Below are positions 47,552 through 56,152 of a stretch of 64,000 nt of DNA, piece by piece. The notes under the pieces were generated by a model. It did no database searches and had not been told where the DNA came from. It saw only the letters and a program-made list of their open reading frames with translations. Position 1 is the stretch's first letter; the number at the start of each line of letters is the position of its first letter. Where the stretch lies: sequence record NC_048821.1; one strand, 5' to 3'. A program made the position numbers and the translations under genes.

Positions 47552-48145
47552 ATGTCTTTTCCTTATAAAGACGTCGTAGCCGCGCTGCAATTTGTATTGC
47601 TCCGCATGATTTACGACAACTTCAGTACCATCGTTCACGCCGGCCATCGAGAACTCGTCCGCAATGGTGGAGTAGAAACTCACATCGTTTATTTTGGTTC
47701 CGCTCAAGGTGGTTTCCAAGTTATCATGCGTCGGGATACTAAAGCCCGATATCACTTGGATTTTTTAAATGTACCATTCCCTTTAGGGGAACGTGATTTT
47801 ACCGTCACCTTAGGTCGAGGAAAGAATTTGGTTAACCATAGGGTCATGAACGATGTGGGTGCTCGGCTTAACGCTTTCTTGGGTGATTCAACTTACGCTA
47901 AAAAGAAATCCTTATTAACTCGTCATGTGTTGGAATACGCCAGCAAGGATGTGGAGGTGGAAATCCCCGGATGGTTTACCCGTATGCTAGGAACTCATCA
48001 ATACAACTTTAACGGTCAGATTGATAAAACCGGACTCCCGGGATTAACTCTAGTCCACGAAACAAAATGGAAGTGGTTTGAAGGCAGCAGTGAAGTCGGT
48101 ATCCACGTCCATCTGTTTGGTGGAGTTAAGGAAGTCTTGAAATAA
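47552..48145 (+). CDS. Hypothetical protein
   Basis: RBS AGGAG; followed by a terminator. Confidence 0.75.
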   Translation: MSFPYKDVVAALQFVLLRMIYDNFSTIVHAGHRELVRNGGVETHIVYFGSAQGGFQVIMRRDTKARYHLDFLNVPFPLGERDFTVTLGRGKNLVNHRVMNDVGARLNAFLGDSTYAKKKSLLTRHVLEYASKDVEVEIPGWFTRMLGTHQYNFNGQIDKTGLPGLTLVHETKWKWFEGSSEVGIHVHLFGGVKEVLK

Positions 48146-48155
48146 ATTAGGATAT

Positions 48156-48185
48156 GTGGTGGGGTTACACCCACCACTTTTTTTT
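48156..48185 (+). terminator. Intrinsic terminator
   Basis: GTGGTGGG-gttaca-CCCACCAC followed by 8 T. Confidence 0.85.
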
Positions 48186-48205
48186 CGGCTTTTTATTATA
48201 AATCA

Positions 48206-48224
48206 GTTCTATATTACTAAAGGG
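48206..48224 (+). promoter_or_regulatory. Putative early (virion RNAP) promoter GTTCTATATTACT-AA-AGGG
   Basis: Contains the phiKZ early consensus TATATTAC; 17/19 identical to 56075-56093. Confidence 0.7.
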
Positions 48225-48257
48225 AAGGACATTAGTGTATCGCGTCAGGAGCTTATT

Positions 48258-48836
48258 ATGAACCACTTTATTGAAACGCTTTTATTCCAACAGTTTTACG
48301 ATAACCTGGATCAATGGTTGGCTTTACGTTTTAAGGCTATTGAAGAAGGGTTGTTAGAACAACCATGTGGACAAGTAGTAAGGTTTAATGAATTAGACGT
48401 TACTTATCAAATCACCCGCCACGGTGTGGTGAGGGTTCATGTGGATTGGCTACAACACCGGGCTTACGGGATGGTGTTTGATTTTCATAAAGACGAACAT
48501 TTAGCGGTAGATTTCTTTAAAGATACTTTTAAAAAATACGTCGGTAAGAAACGAGTTGAGGATGCTAAGTTTAAACTCACCGCTATTGTGAAACACAGTA
48601 TACCGGAAGCGATCATGCGGTCTATGGAATCCGGTACTTTAAAACACTACGAACCAGTGCAAGGTAACTTAGGTACTCCGTTCTCAGCATACGTACAACC
48701 ACGTGTACTGGAACTTGGTGGGGTGGTTTACGAACTTGTGTTTAGTTTCCAAAATTCATTAGGAGGATATGAAGAATGTGTGATGGGCGATCTAGAGGTC
48801 CGAACATGGACCTCGCTTACCGACACCACGTGTTAA
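48258..48836 (+). CDS. Hypothetical protein
   Basis: Start reassigned to ATG 48258 (RBS AGGAG); the track's start at 48156 lies inside a terminator. Confidence 0.75.
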   Translation: MNHFIETLLFQQFYDNLDQWLALRFKAIEEGLLEQPCGQVVRFNELDVTYQITRHGVVRVHVDWLQHRAYGMVFDFHKDEHLAVDFFKDTFKKYVGKKRVEDAKFKLTAIVKHSIPEAIMRSMESGTLKHYEPVQGNLGTPFSAYVQPRVLELGGVVYELVFSFQNSLGGYEECVMGDLEVRTWTSLTDTTC

Positions 48837-49399
48837 CGTTGTTGAAAGAATTGACTTTCAATTTAGGTCCTGTCTTAACAAGGCGGGTGAACGGTGGGTT
48901 TGCTGAAGAGTCTTACCCCTTGTTTGATTTGAACATCAACGGGGGTCAATGTCAGTGCACTATCTACGGTTTTGGTGACGAGGTAACACTAACCTTGTAT
49001 GGATTGCGATCTCTGCTAGGAGATAATGTCCAAGAAGGTGTTATCTACCGATTCAACGTTAATAACGAAGAAGAAGTAATCGAGGTACAAGATCTGTTAC
49101 GTGATCTATTGGGACCTTACTTTATTAAACACTTGACTCGTGAAACTGAAGAGGAAGCTAATGCTTTGTTCTTCACTCGTGTGAGTGCTATTAAGGATGC
49201 TGGTGCATTTCGTAATCGCAATTGGTTCCGTAAAGAACAGGTCATCGGATTCTTTTACTTAGACGCTTATTTACGTGTAGAACAAGTAGTGATTCGACGA
49301 GGTAAGGGTAGAGGTAGGTGTTATTATCATGTGACACGAACTTCGTTATTAGGTAAAGAGACTAAAGAAGTATTACCTTGTCCTAGAGTCTTAGATTAA
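48806..49399 (+). CDS. Hypothetical protein
   Basis: ATG 48806 with RBS GAGG. Confidence 0.7.
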   Translation: MDLAYRHHVLTLLKELTFNLGPVLTRRVNGGFAEESYPLFDLNINGGQCQCTIYGFGDEVTLTLYGLRSLLGDNVQEGVIYRFNVNNEEEVIEVQDLLRDLLGPYFIKHLTRETEEEANALFFTRVSAIKDAGAFRNRNWFRKEQVIGFFYLDAYLRVEQVVIRRGKGRGRCYYHVTRTSLLGKETKEVLPCPRVLD

Positions 49400-49406
49400 G
49401 TAAAGG

Positions 49407-50198
49407 GTGAGTTATATGGACTTAGATGAATTTATTGATCAACATAATTTGGTGGGAGATCTTCTCAACAAAGATATGTTCGATCTTTATCAGAGCCTTC
49501 CTCACTATAGTCGGCCCACGTTTCTATATCCAATTCTTCTATCTAAGATAAAGGAAGATCCGGATTTTGAACTGTGGGAGCGTCACTATCAGTGGGATTT
49601 TATCAAAAAGGGTAAAAGAGGTCAAGGTTTCTTTGAATCCCCTCATCTGTTTATAAGTAGTCACGGTAGAGTGTATAACTCAAAGAGTGGTAACTTTCTC
49701 AAAGGGTCGACGAAAGGAGGTAAAGGTGATTACTTGAGACATAACGATACTATTTCAGGTAGGAACATTCGCATCCATCGTGCCGTCGCATGCATGTTTG
49801 TAGGTAACTATACAAACAAACCTTTAACTAAGTTGCTGGTCAATCATAAAGACCTAGATAAACAACATAATTTCTTTGCTAACCTCGAGTGGTGTACTCA
49901 AAAAGGTAACACTCACCACGCTATAGATGAACTAGGTAGCTTCTCTGTTCCTCGGGTTTATTACCTTTGTGAAGTTGTTAAAGGGGGTCAATTCCTCAAC
50001 CACAAATTCATCATTTCAGGTGAAGTTGATTGTAAGAAGTACCGGATGACTCATGCTTATTTAGCGGCTAAAGATGAAAATAAAACTTGCAATAACTGTA
50101 AAGTGGAGGTAATCGATAAGAGTGAAGTCGATGATAGGTTATTAATTAAAAACCAATCTAATCGATTCAAAGGTTGGTTAAAGAAACCTAAAAGATAA
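49407..50198 (+). CDS. Free-standing HNH homing endonuclease (NUMOD4/HNH_3 type)
   Basis: ISSHGRVYN, IHRAVA..F, VNHKD.DK.HN...NLEWCT.K.N..HA; the true start may be ATG 49416. Confidence 0.88.
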   Translation: MSYMDLDEFIDQHNLVGDLLNKDMFDLYQSLPHYSRPTFLYPILLSKIKEDPDFELWERHYQWDFIKKGKRGQGFFESPHLFISSHGRVYNSKSGNFLKGSTKGGKGDYLRHNDTISGRNIRIHRAVACMFVGNYTNKPLTKLLVNHKDLDKQHNFFANLEWCTQKGNTHHAIDELGSFSVPRVYYLCEVVKGGQFLNHKFIISGEVDCKKYRMTHAYLAAKDENKTCNNCKVEVIDKSEVDDRLLIKNQSNRFKGWLKKPKR

Positions 50199-50337
50199 TT
50201 AAAAACTAAGTGACATGTATTATATGTTACAAAACCTTTTTACCCCATTTTTATTGAACGGTTACTTTGTACTCTAAAATCTTGTTATTTTACCTGTTTT
50301 TTCATCGTTATTTTCACCCCTAAAAGTGAAAGGCGAT

Positions 50338-50421
50338 GGGGAGAAAGAGGGGCAAGGTGATAGGGGCAAGGTGATAGGGGTGTCAAGGTTGAGTGGGTGT
50401 CAAGGTTAGTTGGTTCAAGTT
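50338..50421 (+). repeat. G-rich direct repeats (CAAGGT core x4 plus CAAGTT) with four GGGG runs
   Basis: GGGGCAAGGTGATA x2 (50349, 50363) and GGGTGTCAAGGTT x2; cores at 50353, 50367, 50384, 50401, 50416. Confidence 0.8.
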
Positions 50422-50651
50422 AGTTAAAAGATTCGGGCAAAGCCCAAGATAATTAATATTAATATATTAATATATCTAACTATAGAGTATGACTTCCTTA
50501 CAACGTAACGAGTATCACGAGTGAAGTGGTTAAGGTAAAGAGTCATACGTTAAAGGTATAGATACATAGTAGGATGTCCGTTAAGGAGTCCTACTAGGGT
50601 TTATACTGCTTTTTAAATATTTAAGTTAAGATTAATTAAGGTTATTAGACC

Positions 50652-51044
50652 ATGCAAGAAAAAGAAGTATTAGCGGGATTAGTAAGTAGAGCGTTGCATT
50701 TAGGAGTAGGGTTAGTACTAGAAGACGGAGATCATAAAGTACTGCTTAAGACTTACGAGATCCGTAATAAGTTAAAGCCACCGTATTATCGCTTAGAGGT
50801 TCACCTAGAGCGAATAGGAGAGCGTTATAGGTTACGTACCGTAGGGTTAGTTAAACTAGGGTATAGTGATATGACGTTAGACTATGGGTTAGGAGAACGA
50901 GTAGAGTTAAATACGTTCGGGGATTTAGATAAGGGCAGTTTAATTAGCTTTATAGGTAGCAGAGCACTAGACTTTATCGATTTACCCATTATCCACAATA
51001 ATGAATTAATCTTACATTACAACGTACCACCTATTAAGTTATAA
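50652..51044 (+). CDS. Hypothetical protein
   Basis: ORF of 130 aa; first gene after a 453-nt intergenic region. Confidence 0.6.
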   Translation: MQEKEVLAGLVSRALHLGVGLVLEDGDHKVLLKTYEIRNKLKPPYYRLEVHLERIGERYRLRTVGLVKLGYSDMTLDYGLGERVELNTFGDLDKGSLISFIGSRALDFIDLPIIHNNELILHYNVPPIKL

Positions 51045-51061
51045 GACTAGGAGTAACTAAC

Positions 51062-51532
51062 ATGAATGCAGTAAATCGAGTTAAAGTGAGTAAAGCGCTA
51101 ATCCCGGTGATCTTAGGTTGGGTAGAACTTGCTACCTTTACAGACGCTAAGCGATTAAAGACCAAACACCAAGGACATAAGGTTATAGCGAGCATTACGT
51201 TGCCTTGGGATAAAGATAAACAAATAGTCGTAAAAGTATTGTCAGTAGACTCCGTAAGTTTTACAGTCGTCGTAGAAGGTATGGTTTACGTAGATCGCAC
51301 TGGGATCTGTTTAAACGTGATGAATGAAGACGTACTATTTAACGAAGCGTATGAAGCTCTAAGAAGACGAGCTGAAGGTTACTTAGACGTTTTACACCAC
51401 TTAGCCAAAGAAACGCCGGAGTTATTACCAGAGCTTAGCTTCGAAGTAACGGATAGACACTTTACCGTTACGCATAAAACTATCCAAGATATCGGACTAG
51501 CTTTTCCTATTAACAAAAAACGAGAGTTTTAA
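51062..51532 (+). CDS. Hypothetical, paralogue family member 1
   Basis: RBS AGGAG; LIPVILGW and ITLPWDKD..IVVK motifs shared with the next genes. Confidence 0.7.
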   Translation: MNAVNRVKVSKALIPVILGWVELATFTDAKRLKTKHQGHKVIASITLPWDKDKQIVVKVLSVDSVSFTVVVEGMVYVDRTGICLNVMNEDVLFNEAYEALRRRAEGYLDVLHHLAKETPELLPELSFEVTDRHFTVTHKTIQDIGLAFPINKKREF

Positions 51533-51535
51533 ATC

Positions 51536-52579
51536 ATGAACTTAGTGACAAAATCTAAATTACAATTAGCTTTGGGATCGTTAGTAAAAGAGTGGTTACA
51601 ACACGCTCCTCGGGTCAGTGCTGCGAAACCGTTAGGGGAAGACTTGCTTATCGCTAAGTTTAAACTTCCTTGGGGGAACGACACGGTACTCATTAAAGCG
51701 ATAGCACGAACACGGAATGGTTGTACGATCGTTACCGAAGGTTTACGTCATCTGAATCTCGTTAACGTTTCCGGTAGAGTGGTTTACGCTCCTATATCCA
51801 GTGACCTTAATGATGGTTGGAAAAAGCAAACAGCATTTACTGTTTGTGATGACTCTTATCAAGAAAACATGGAGTTGGTTGGAGATCTGCACCGACACAC
51901 ACTCATGGAGCTAATCAGTGAAAATAAACTGGAGATAGCTGACATCACTTTAGAACATTGTGATAATGAAATAAAGATCGGAACCAAAGGAGGGGAGTGT
52001 ACATTTAGAACTTCTTTGGATTCACACATGACACGAGGTAGAGAAGACTATAGTGTACATGGTCAAGTCTTAATACAACGAGAGTGTTTGGCTAAGACTC
52101 TCCTTAATAAAGCGTTATACGAACTCCCAGACATCTTAGAACGGTTAATATTGAAACCGTTACCGGGTCCTCGGTTAACACCTAAACGAGAGCGTATCAT
52201 CAAACTCCCGATAAGTAACGTTACCCAATACACACTTCACTTAGAATACCGTCGTGAATTAATTTACTTGGTCCTAGATACCAGTGAAGGGTTAATGGAA
52301 TTCCTAGTTCCCCGAGAATACCTAGTTCGACAACGTTGGGTAAGAGATCTAGTGACCCATCTGAAGCACACTTTCTTACTCAGTAGACACATCGACTTAA
52401 AGGAGGCGTATCGTCTCTGTAAGGAGCTAGAAACCCTTAATAATGATTATGGTAGTATATCAGTCGATGAAGACAACGAAACGGCTCTGGTGAACGTACA
52501 CGAGCATTTATTACCATACCACCAAAAACGTGTTTTCGAGTTCACGACTAAAATCGAAAGCAAACCACTTAAATTTTAA
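51536..52579 (+). CDS. Hypothetical, paralogue family member 2
   Basis: LGSLVKEW, FKLPWGND..LIK, FLVP..Y motifs. Confidence 0.7.
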   Translation: MNLVTKSKLQLALGSLVKEWLQHAPRVSAAKPLGEDLLIAKFKLPWGNDTVLIKAIARTRNGCTIVTEGLRHLNLVNVSGRVVYAPISSDLNDGWKKQTAFTVCDDSYQENMELVGDLHRHTLMELISENKLEIADITLEHCDNEIKIGTKGGECTFRTSLDSHMTRGREDYSVHGQVLIQRECLAKTLLNKALYELPDILERLILKPLPGPRLTPKRERIIKLPISNVTQYTLHLEYRRELIYLVLDTSEGLMEFLVPREYLVRQRWVRDLVTHLKHTFLLSRHIDLKEAYRLCKELETLNNDYGSISVDEDNETALVNVHEHLLPYHQKRVFEFTTKIESKPLKF

Positions 52580-52610
52580 TTCAACCGCACCTAAAGAAGG
52601 AAACTCAATC

Positions 52611-53630
52611 ATGTTCTGTCAACAACCAGAAAAACTATCTCAAGCTAAACTTAACTTCATCACTCGTCCATTGGTAAAACACTGGATCCTAGAAGCACAC
52701 CGTATTGTCAAAGAACCCGGGTTTGTCGGTAAAATAGTGGTGGGTGCGTGTGGATACAGACACCAAGATATCATCATTAAGGTCGAAGCTATCGACGATA
52801 AACCAGATCATTACTTGATGACCGCTATGAACATTCCTTTCATGAACGGTGATTGGGAAGTGGAAGTCCATAAACACGTTAGCCTCCCAACCCAGCGTAT
52901 CCCAGAGATTAACGAGATCCTGGACTCTGTGACAACCTTCGGGGAGTGTGAGTTATTGAACCTAGCCATAACCAACCCATCTGGTCTAGCCGAAATAGGG
53001 ATTAACATCTATGACAACAATAGTGCGATACACCGCTTAGACCCTAAAGTTTTCAATGTTCATTATCAGGGCATCGGATACCCGCTAAGTATTAATGAAC
53101 CTGAGACTTACCCAGAGTCCGAGATGACTTACGATGAAACCATTTTGGAAACACGGGTCGCGATAGCTGAAATCATCTCTGCTGAGGTAGCTCGTTACCT
53201 ACCTTATGAAGTTGAGCAAGCTTTGATGAAGAATCAGATCTTGTTTGGTGATGATCGATACCACCCAGTAGTTTTAGTTAACGTTCCCGTACACCAGAAC
53301 GCTGGGTTCTCGGTCGTGCTGGATTACAACGGTGAGCACTTTAGCTTGTTTATTAACTTAGTTAACGGTCATCGTGAAAAGTTTGACTTAGCACTTAATC
53401 ACGTTGAACGCAATGAGCAACTTCATGAGATCAGTGGTTGGATTCGTGGAATGTGTCGTACAACCGAACGTCAGTTCGAACTCATTACTGAGTGTTATGA
53501 CCGAGTTCGTAGTCAACCGACTCATTACGGTCGACTAGATAAAAATTCAGAAACAGGTGAAATCAATTTGTTCTTGGATAAAGATCTCTTTACAAGGGAC
53601 ATTCGTGTGCTACTCGTACCGGGCAAATAA
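52611..53630 (+). CDS. Hypothetical, paralogue family member 3
   Basis: Start reassigned to ATG 52611 (RBS AAGGAA); RPLVKHWI and QDIIIK motifs. Confidence 0.7.
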   Translation: MFCQQPEKLSQAKLNFITRPLVKHWILEAHRIVKEPGFVGKIVVGACGYRHQDIIIKVEAIDDKPDHYLMTAMNIPFMNGDWEVEVHKHVSLPTQRIPEINEILDSVTTFGECELLNLAITNPSGLAEIGINIYDNNSAIHRLDPKVFNVHYQGIGYPLSINEPETYPESEMTYDETILETRVAIAEIISAEVARYLPYEVEQALMKNQILFGDDRYHPVVLVNVPVHQNAGFSVVLDYNGEHFSLFINLVNGHREKFDLALNHVERNEQLHEISGWIRGMCRTTERQFELITECYDRVRSQPTHYGRLDKNSETGEINLFLDKDLFTRDIRVLLVPGK

Positions 53631-53666
53631 CATAAATTAAATTAAACGTCAGTTGGACCAAGGAAA

Positions 53667-54011
53667 ATGGAAAAACATAATTACCAAGAAATGGCTTTGT
53701 CGTTAGTAGAACAAACTATTAGCGAAGGTAAAGGTGAGGTGTTAACACAAGAAGGTAAAGTTACCCTGATACTAGAAGGTAACGACCTGCACCTCATCGT
53801 CAATGAAATCGTACACCGTTATAACGGGCTACGCCTGCTGGACCGAAAGGGTCTGGCAGGTTCCATAGAACGAGTGCTTAGCTTAACTTTAAAGGTACCT
53901 GACTTAGAACAAGAAGCTCAGGTATTATTCGATTTAGATCGTGGGACGTTTTGGTTAGATCCCCTTAAGCGCGTCATCACCAACTACTTGCTAAACAGGA
54001 AAGTAGCATGA
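53667..54011 (+). CDS. Hypothetical protein
   Basis: RBS AAGGAA; ATGA-coupled to the next gene. Confidence 0.7.
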   Translation: MEKHNYQEMALSLVEQTISEGKGEVLTQEGKVTLILEGNDLHLIVNEIVHRYNGLRLLDRKGLAGSIERVLSLTLKVPDLEQEAQVLFDLDRGTFWLDPLKRVITNYLLNRKVA

Positions 54012-54961
54012 ATACCAAATTGGTTAATCTGGGTTTAAAGAGTTTATTTCAACACGCTTTACACTCAATCCCTACCATTATCAAAAGTGACTACTCGAAA
54101 GCCATGGAGCATGAACTTTACTCGGTAAAGATGCCTGACGGCATTTGGGTGTCGCTGTCGTTTTATTGGAAAGAAGGTGATACGATCACGATCACCACTA
54201 AAGGAATGACTCGCATCAAGCAAAGGGATTTTACATTTGACTATAATCCGAAATACGGTCATGACTTTGAAAAGCTCATCCCGTATCCATGGAATAAACG
54301 AGTTTCCGGTGGGATTATACGCAATTTCCTAAAAGCGGCGGAAACTTACAATTTCGATACACGACTAACTAAGGACGCGGAAGGAAAATACATTCGTTAT
54401 TCGATGTCGTGTCCTTTGGTTCCTAGTTTGTCATTTGAACCTAATCCAAGCTTGGTGTATGAACCCCACAAACTGTTAGTGTCTGTAAAAGAAAAACTTT
54501 ACTTGTTGTTGGTGAAGGTAGCACTTGGAGATCTAGAGAAATACGTGGAACATGAGATTGCTACTCAAGCGCATCTAAATGAACTAGGTAAACCTCTGCT
54601 GGATTTCCCTCACATCCAAGGTGACCGCTTGCAAATGGGATTAAGACAATACGGTAACCCCACCCTACGATTTGTAATCCCTTTGCCTTCTGGTGATGAT
54701 CTGACCTACCTGGTTCCTGCATCTCAAGAAGATCGCGTAGAGTGGTACAAGCACATCACGGAGATTGTTTACGAAGAATTAGAATCTTTCGATCATGCTC
54801 CAATTTGTCGTGTGTTAAAGGAGCACTACTATAACACGAACAATGATCTGTTAACTTTCAAACCAACACCCCATGATAACGTTTGGGCGATGACCATTAA
54901 TCAGTCATTAATGCCGTGGGGAAGTGAAAGTACTCGTCAGTTCCCTTACATGATCAAATAA
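54008..54961 (+). CDS. Hypothetical, probable paralogue family member 4
   Basis: LKSLFQHAL and YLVP...DRVEW motifs resemble member 2. Confidence 0.65.
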   Translation: MNTKLVNLGLKSLFQHALHSIPTIIKSDYSKAMEHELYSVKMPDGIWVSLSFYWKEGDTITITTKGMTRIKQRDFTFDYNPKYGHDFEKLIPYPWNKRVSGGIIRNFLKAAETYNFDTRLTKDAEGKYIRYSMSCPLVPSLSFEPNPSLVYEPHKLLVSVKEKLYLLLVKVALGDLEKYVEHEIATQAHLNELGKPLLDFPHIQGDRLQMGLRQYGNPTLRFVIPLPSGDDLTYLVPASQEDRVEWYKHITEIVYEELESFDHAPICRVLKEHYYNTNNDLLTFKPTPHDNVWAMTINQSLMPWGSESTRQFPYMIK

Positions 54962-54965
54962 GTCC

Positions 54966-54992
54966 CTAGGAGCTCCTTAGAGGAGCTCCTAG
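54966..54992. other. 12-bp perfect hairpin lacking a U-tract
   Basis: CTAGGAGCTCCT-tag-AGGAGCTCCTAG. Confidence 0.6.
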
Positions 54993-55056
54993 TTCATCAT
55001 CCAACACATAACACCGATTTACTTTAATTAAGCTCTTAGAGCCTTAAGGAACCATT

Positions 55057-55815
55057 ATGAACGAACAATGTCCTTTCACTTTACACATGGGTTATAACCG
55101 ACATGGATTACCTATCCCCCACCCACCTTCAAGTATCCACACGTTTGAATCTCGTTTAGAGATGATGTCTAAGTTGGCTTTCGCTTATCGAAGCTTTGAT
55201 AATGCGTTCCAATGGATTATTGATGTTTCTAATCAACTCCATCAAGACCGTGCTCAATCGTGGGACTTTGCTCATAAAAACCACCTCCTAATTTCTCCCA
55301 ACAATTACGATAACCGCCAGTTTTCAATCGAACACCATAACCGTAAACGCAGTAGCATCACCATAACGGAATCTTACAATAAACTGAATCCTGACTTTTC
55401 ATTTAAGCTGGAATTCAGAGAAGGTAGTGGATACGAACTCACTTGGGATTTACCTTGGGGTTTGTTTAAAAACCGGAACAACGAAGAGTGGTTTCATAAA
55501 CGTCACTTTAATTTCAAGTTCAACACGTTAACTGAACCTGGTATCAAAGCCATGGTGAAAACTATCACTCAACACATGTGGTTAGATCGTTTTAACGTAG
55601 ATAAAGAATTCGAAGCTTTCATGCACGTGGTGAGTCCCCGTCCTAAGTTTAACTGGTTTAAATCAGAGCACACTATCACCAGACCTTCTATCATCAATGA
55701 TGATTGCATGGAGTCGGAGTTGATCATCACTCGTGTTCCTTTAAGACGAGATGTGGTTACTTTACGTGGTACTTATAACGAACTCAGTGGTCTTAAGACA
55801 CACTTCATATTCTAA
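55057..55815 (+). CDS. Hypothetical protein
   Basis: RBS AAGGAA; 252 aa. Confidence 0.7.
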   Translation: MNEQCPFTLHMGYNRHGLPIPHPPSSIHTFESRLEMMSKLAFAYRSFDNAFQWIIDVSNQLHQDRAQSWDFAHKNHLLISPNNYDNRQFSIEHHNRKRSSITITESYNKLNPDFSFKLEFREGSGYELTWDLPWGLFKNRNNEEWFHKRHFNFKFNTLTEPGIKAMVKTITQHMWLDRFNVDKEFEAFMHVVSPRPKFNWFKSEHTITRPSIINDDCMESELIITRVPLRRDVVTLRGTYNELSGLKTHFIF

Positions 55816-56074
55816 AGTTATTTTTCTAACGGACAATATATTATATGTACTAAACTAAATCCGTCGAAGACCCCCTAGAAAGGATGGGAAAGGGTTATTT
55901 TTGCATACGAGTTATAGTAGTACTCCTTAGAGTGATCTATGAGGTACGAATAGTCACGGTGAGTGTTGTAGTACGAAGTACGTAAACACGATAAAAGGAG
56001 TGTACTACGTATAACGAGTAATGTGATGTACGAGTCCATGTAATAGGGAAATGATCTAGTAGAAAAGAATTTTG

Positions 56075-56093
56075 GTTCTATATTACTTTAGGG
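56075..56093 (+). promoter_or_regulatory. Putative early promoter GTTCTATATTACT-TT-AGGG
   Basis: Second copy of the 48206-48224 motif; upstream of 56153 and the AraC operon. Confidence 0.7.
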
Positions 56094-56152
56094 TAAATAA
56101 AACTGGATCATGTAAGTTATTAGTAAATAACGTTAGTAGGAGTAATTAGGAC

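Noticed and set aside
47477-47755. Minus-strand 92-aa ORF
   Set aside because: It is antisense to the well-supported 47552..48145 gene and has no RBS.
49380-50220. Group I intron surrounding the HNH gene
   Set aside because: The flanking genes end and start normally, and no intron core elements are visible.
50338-50421. CRISPR mini-array
   Set aside because: Repeats are short, degenerate and nearly contiguous without 25-45-nt spacers; no cas genes in the window.
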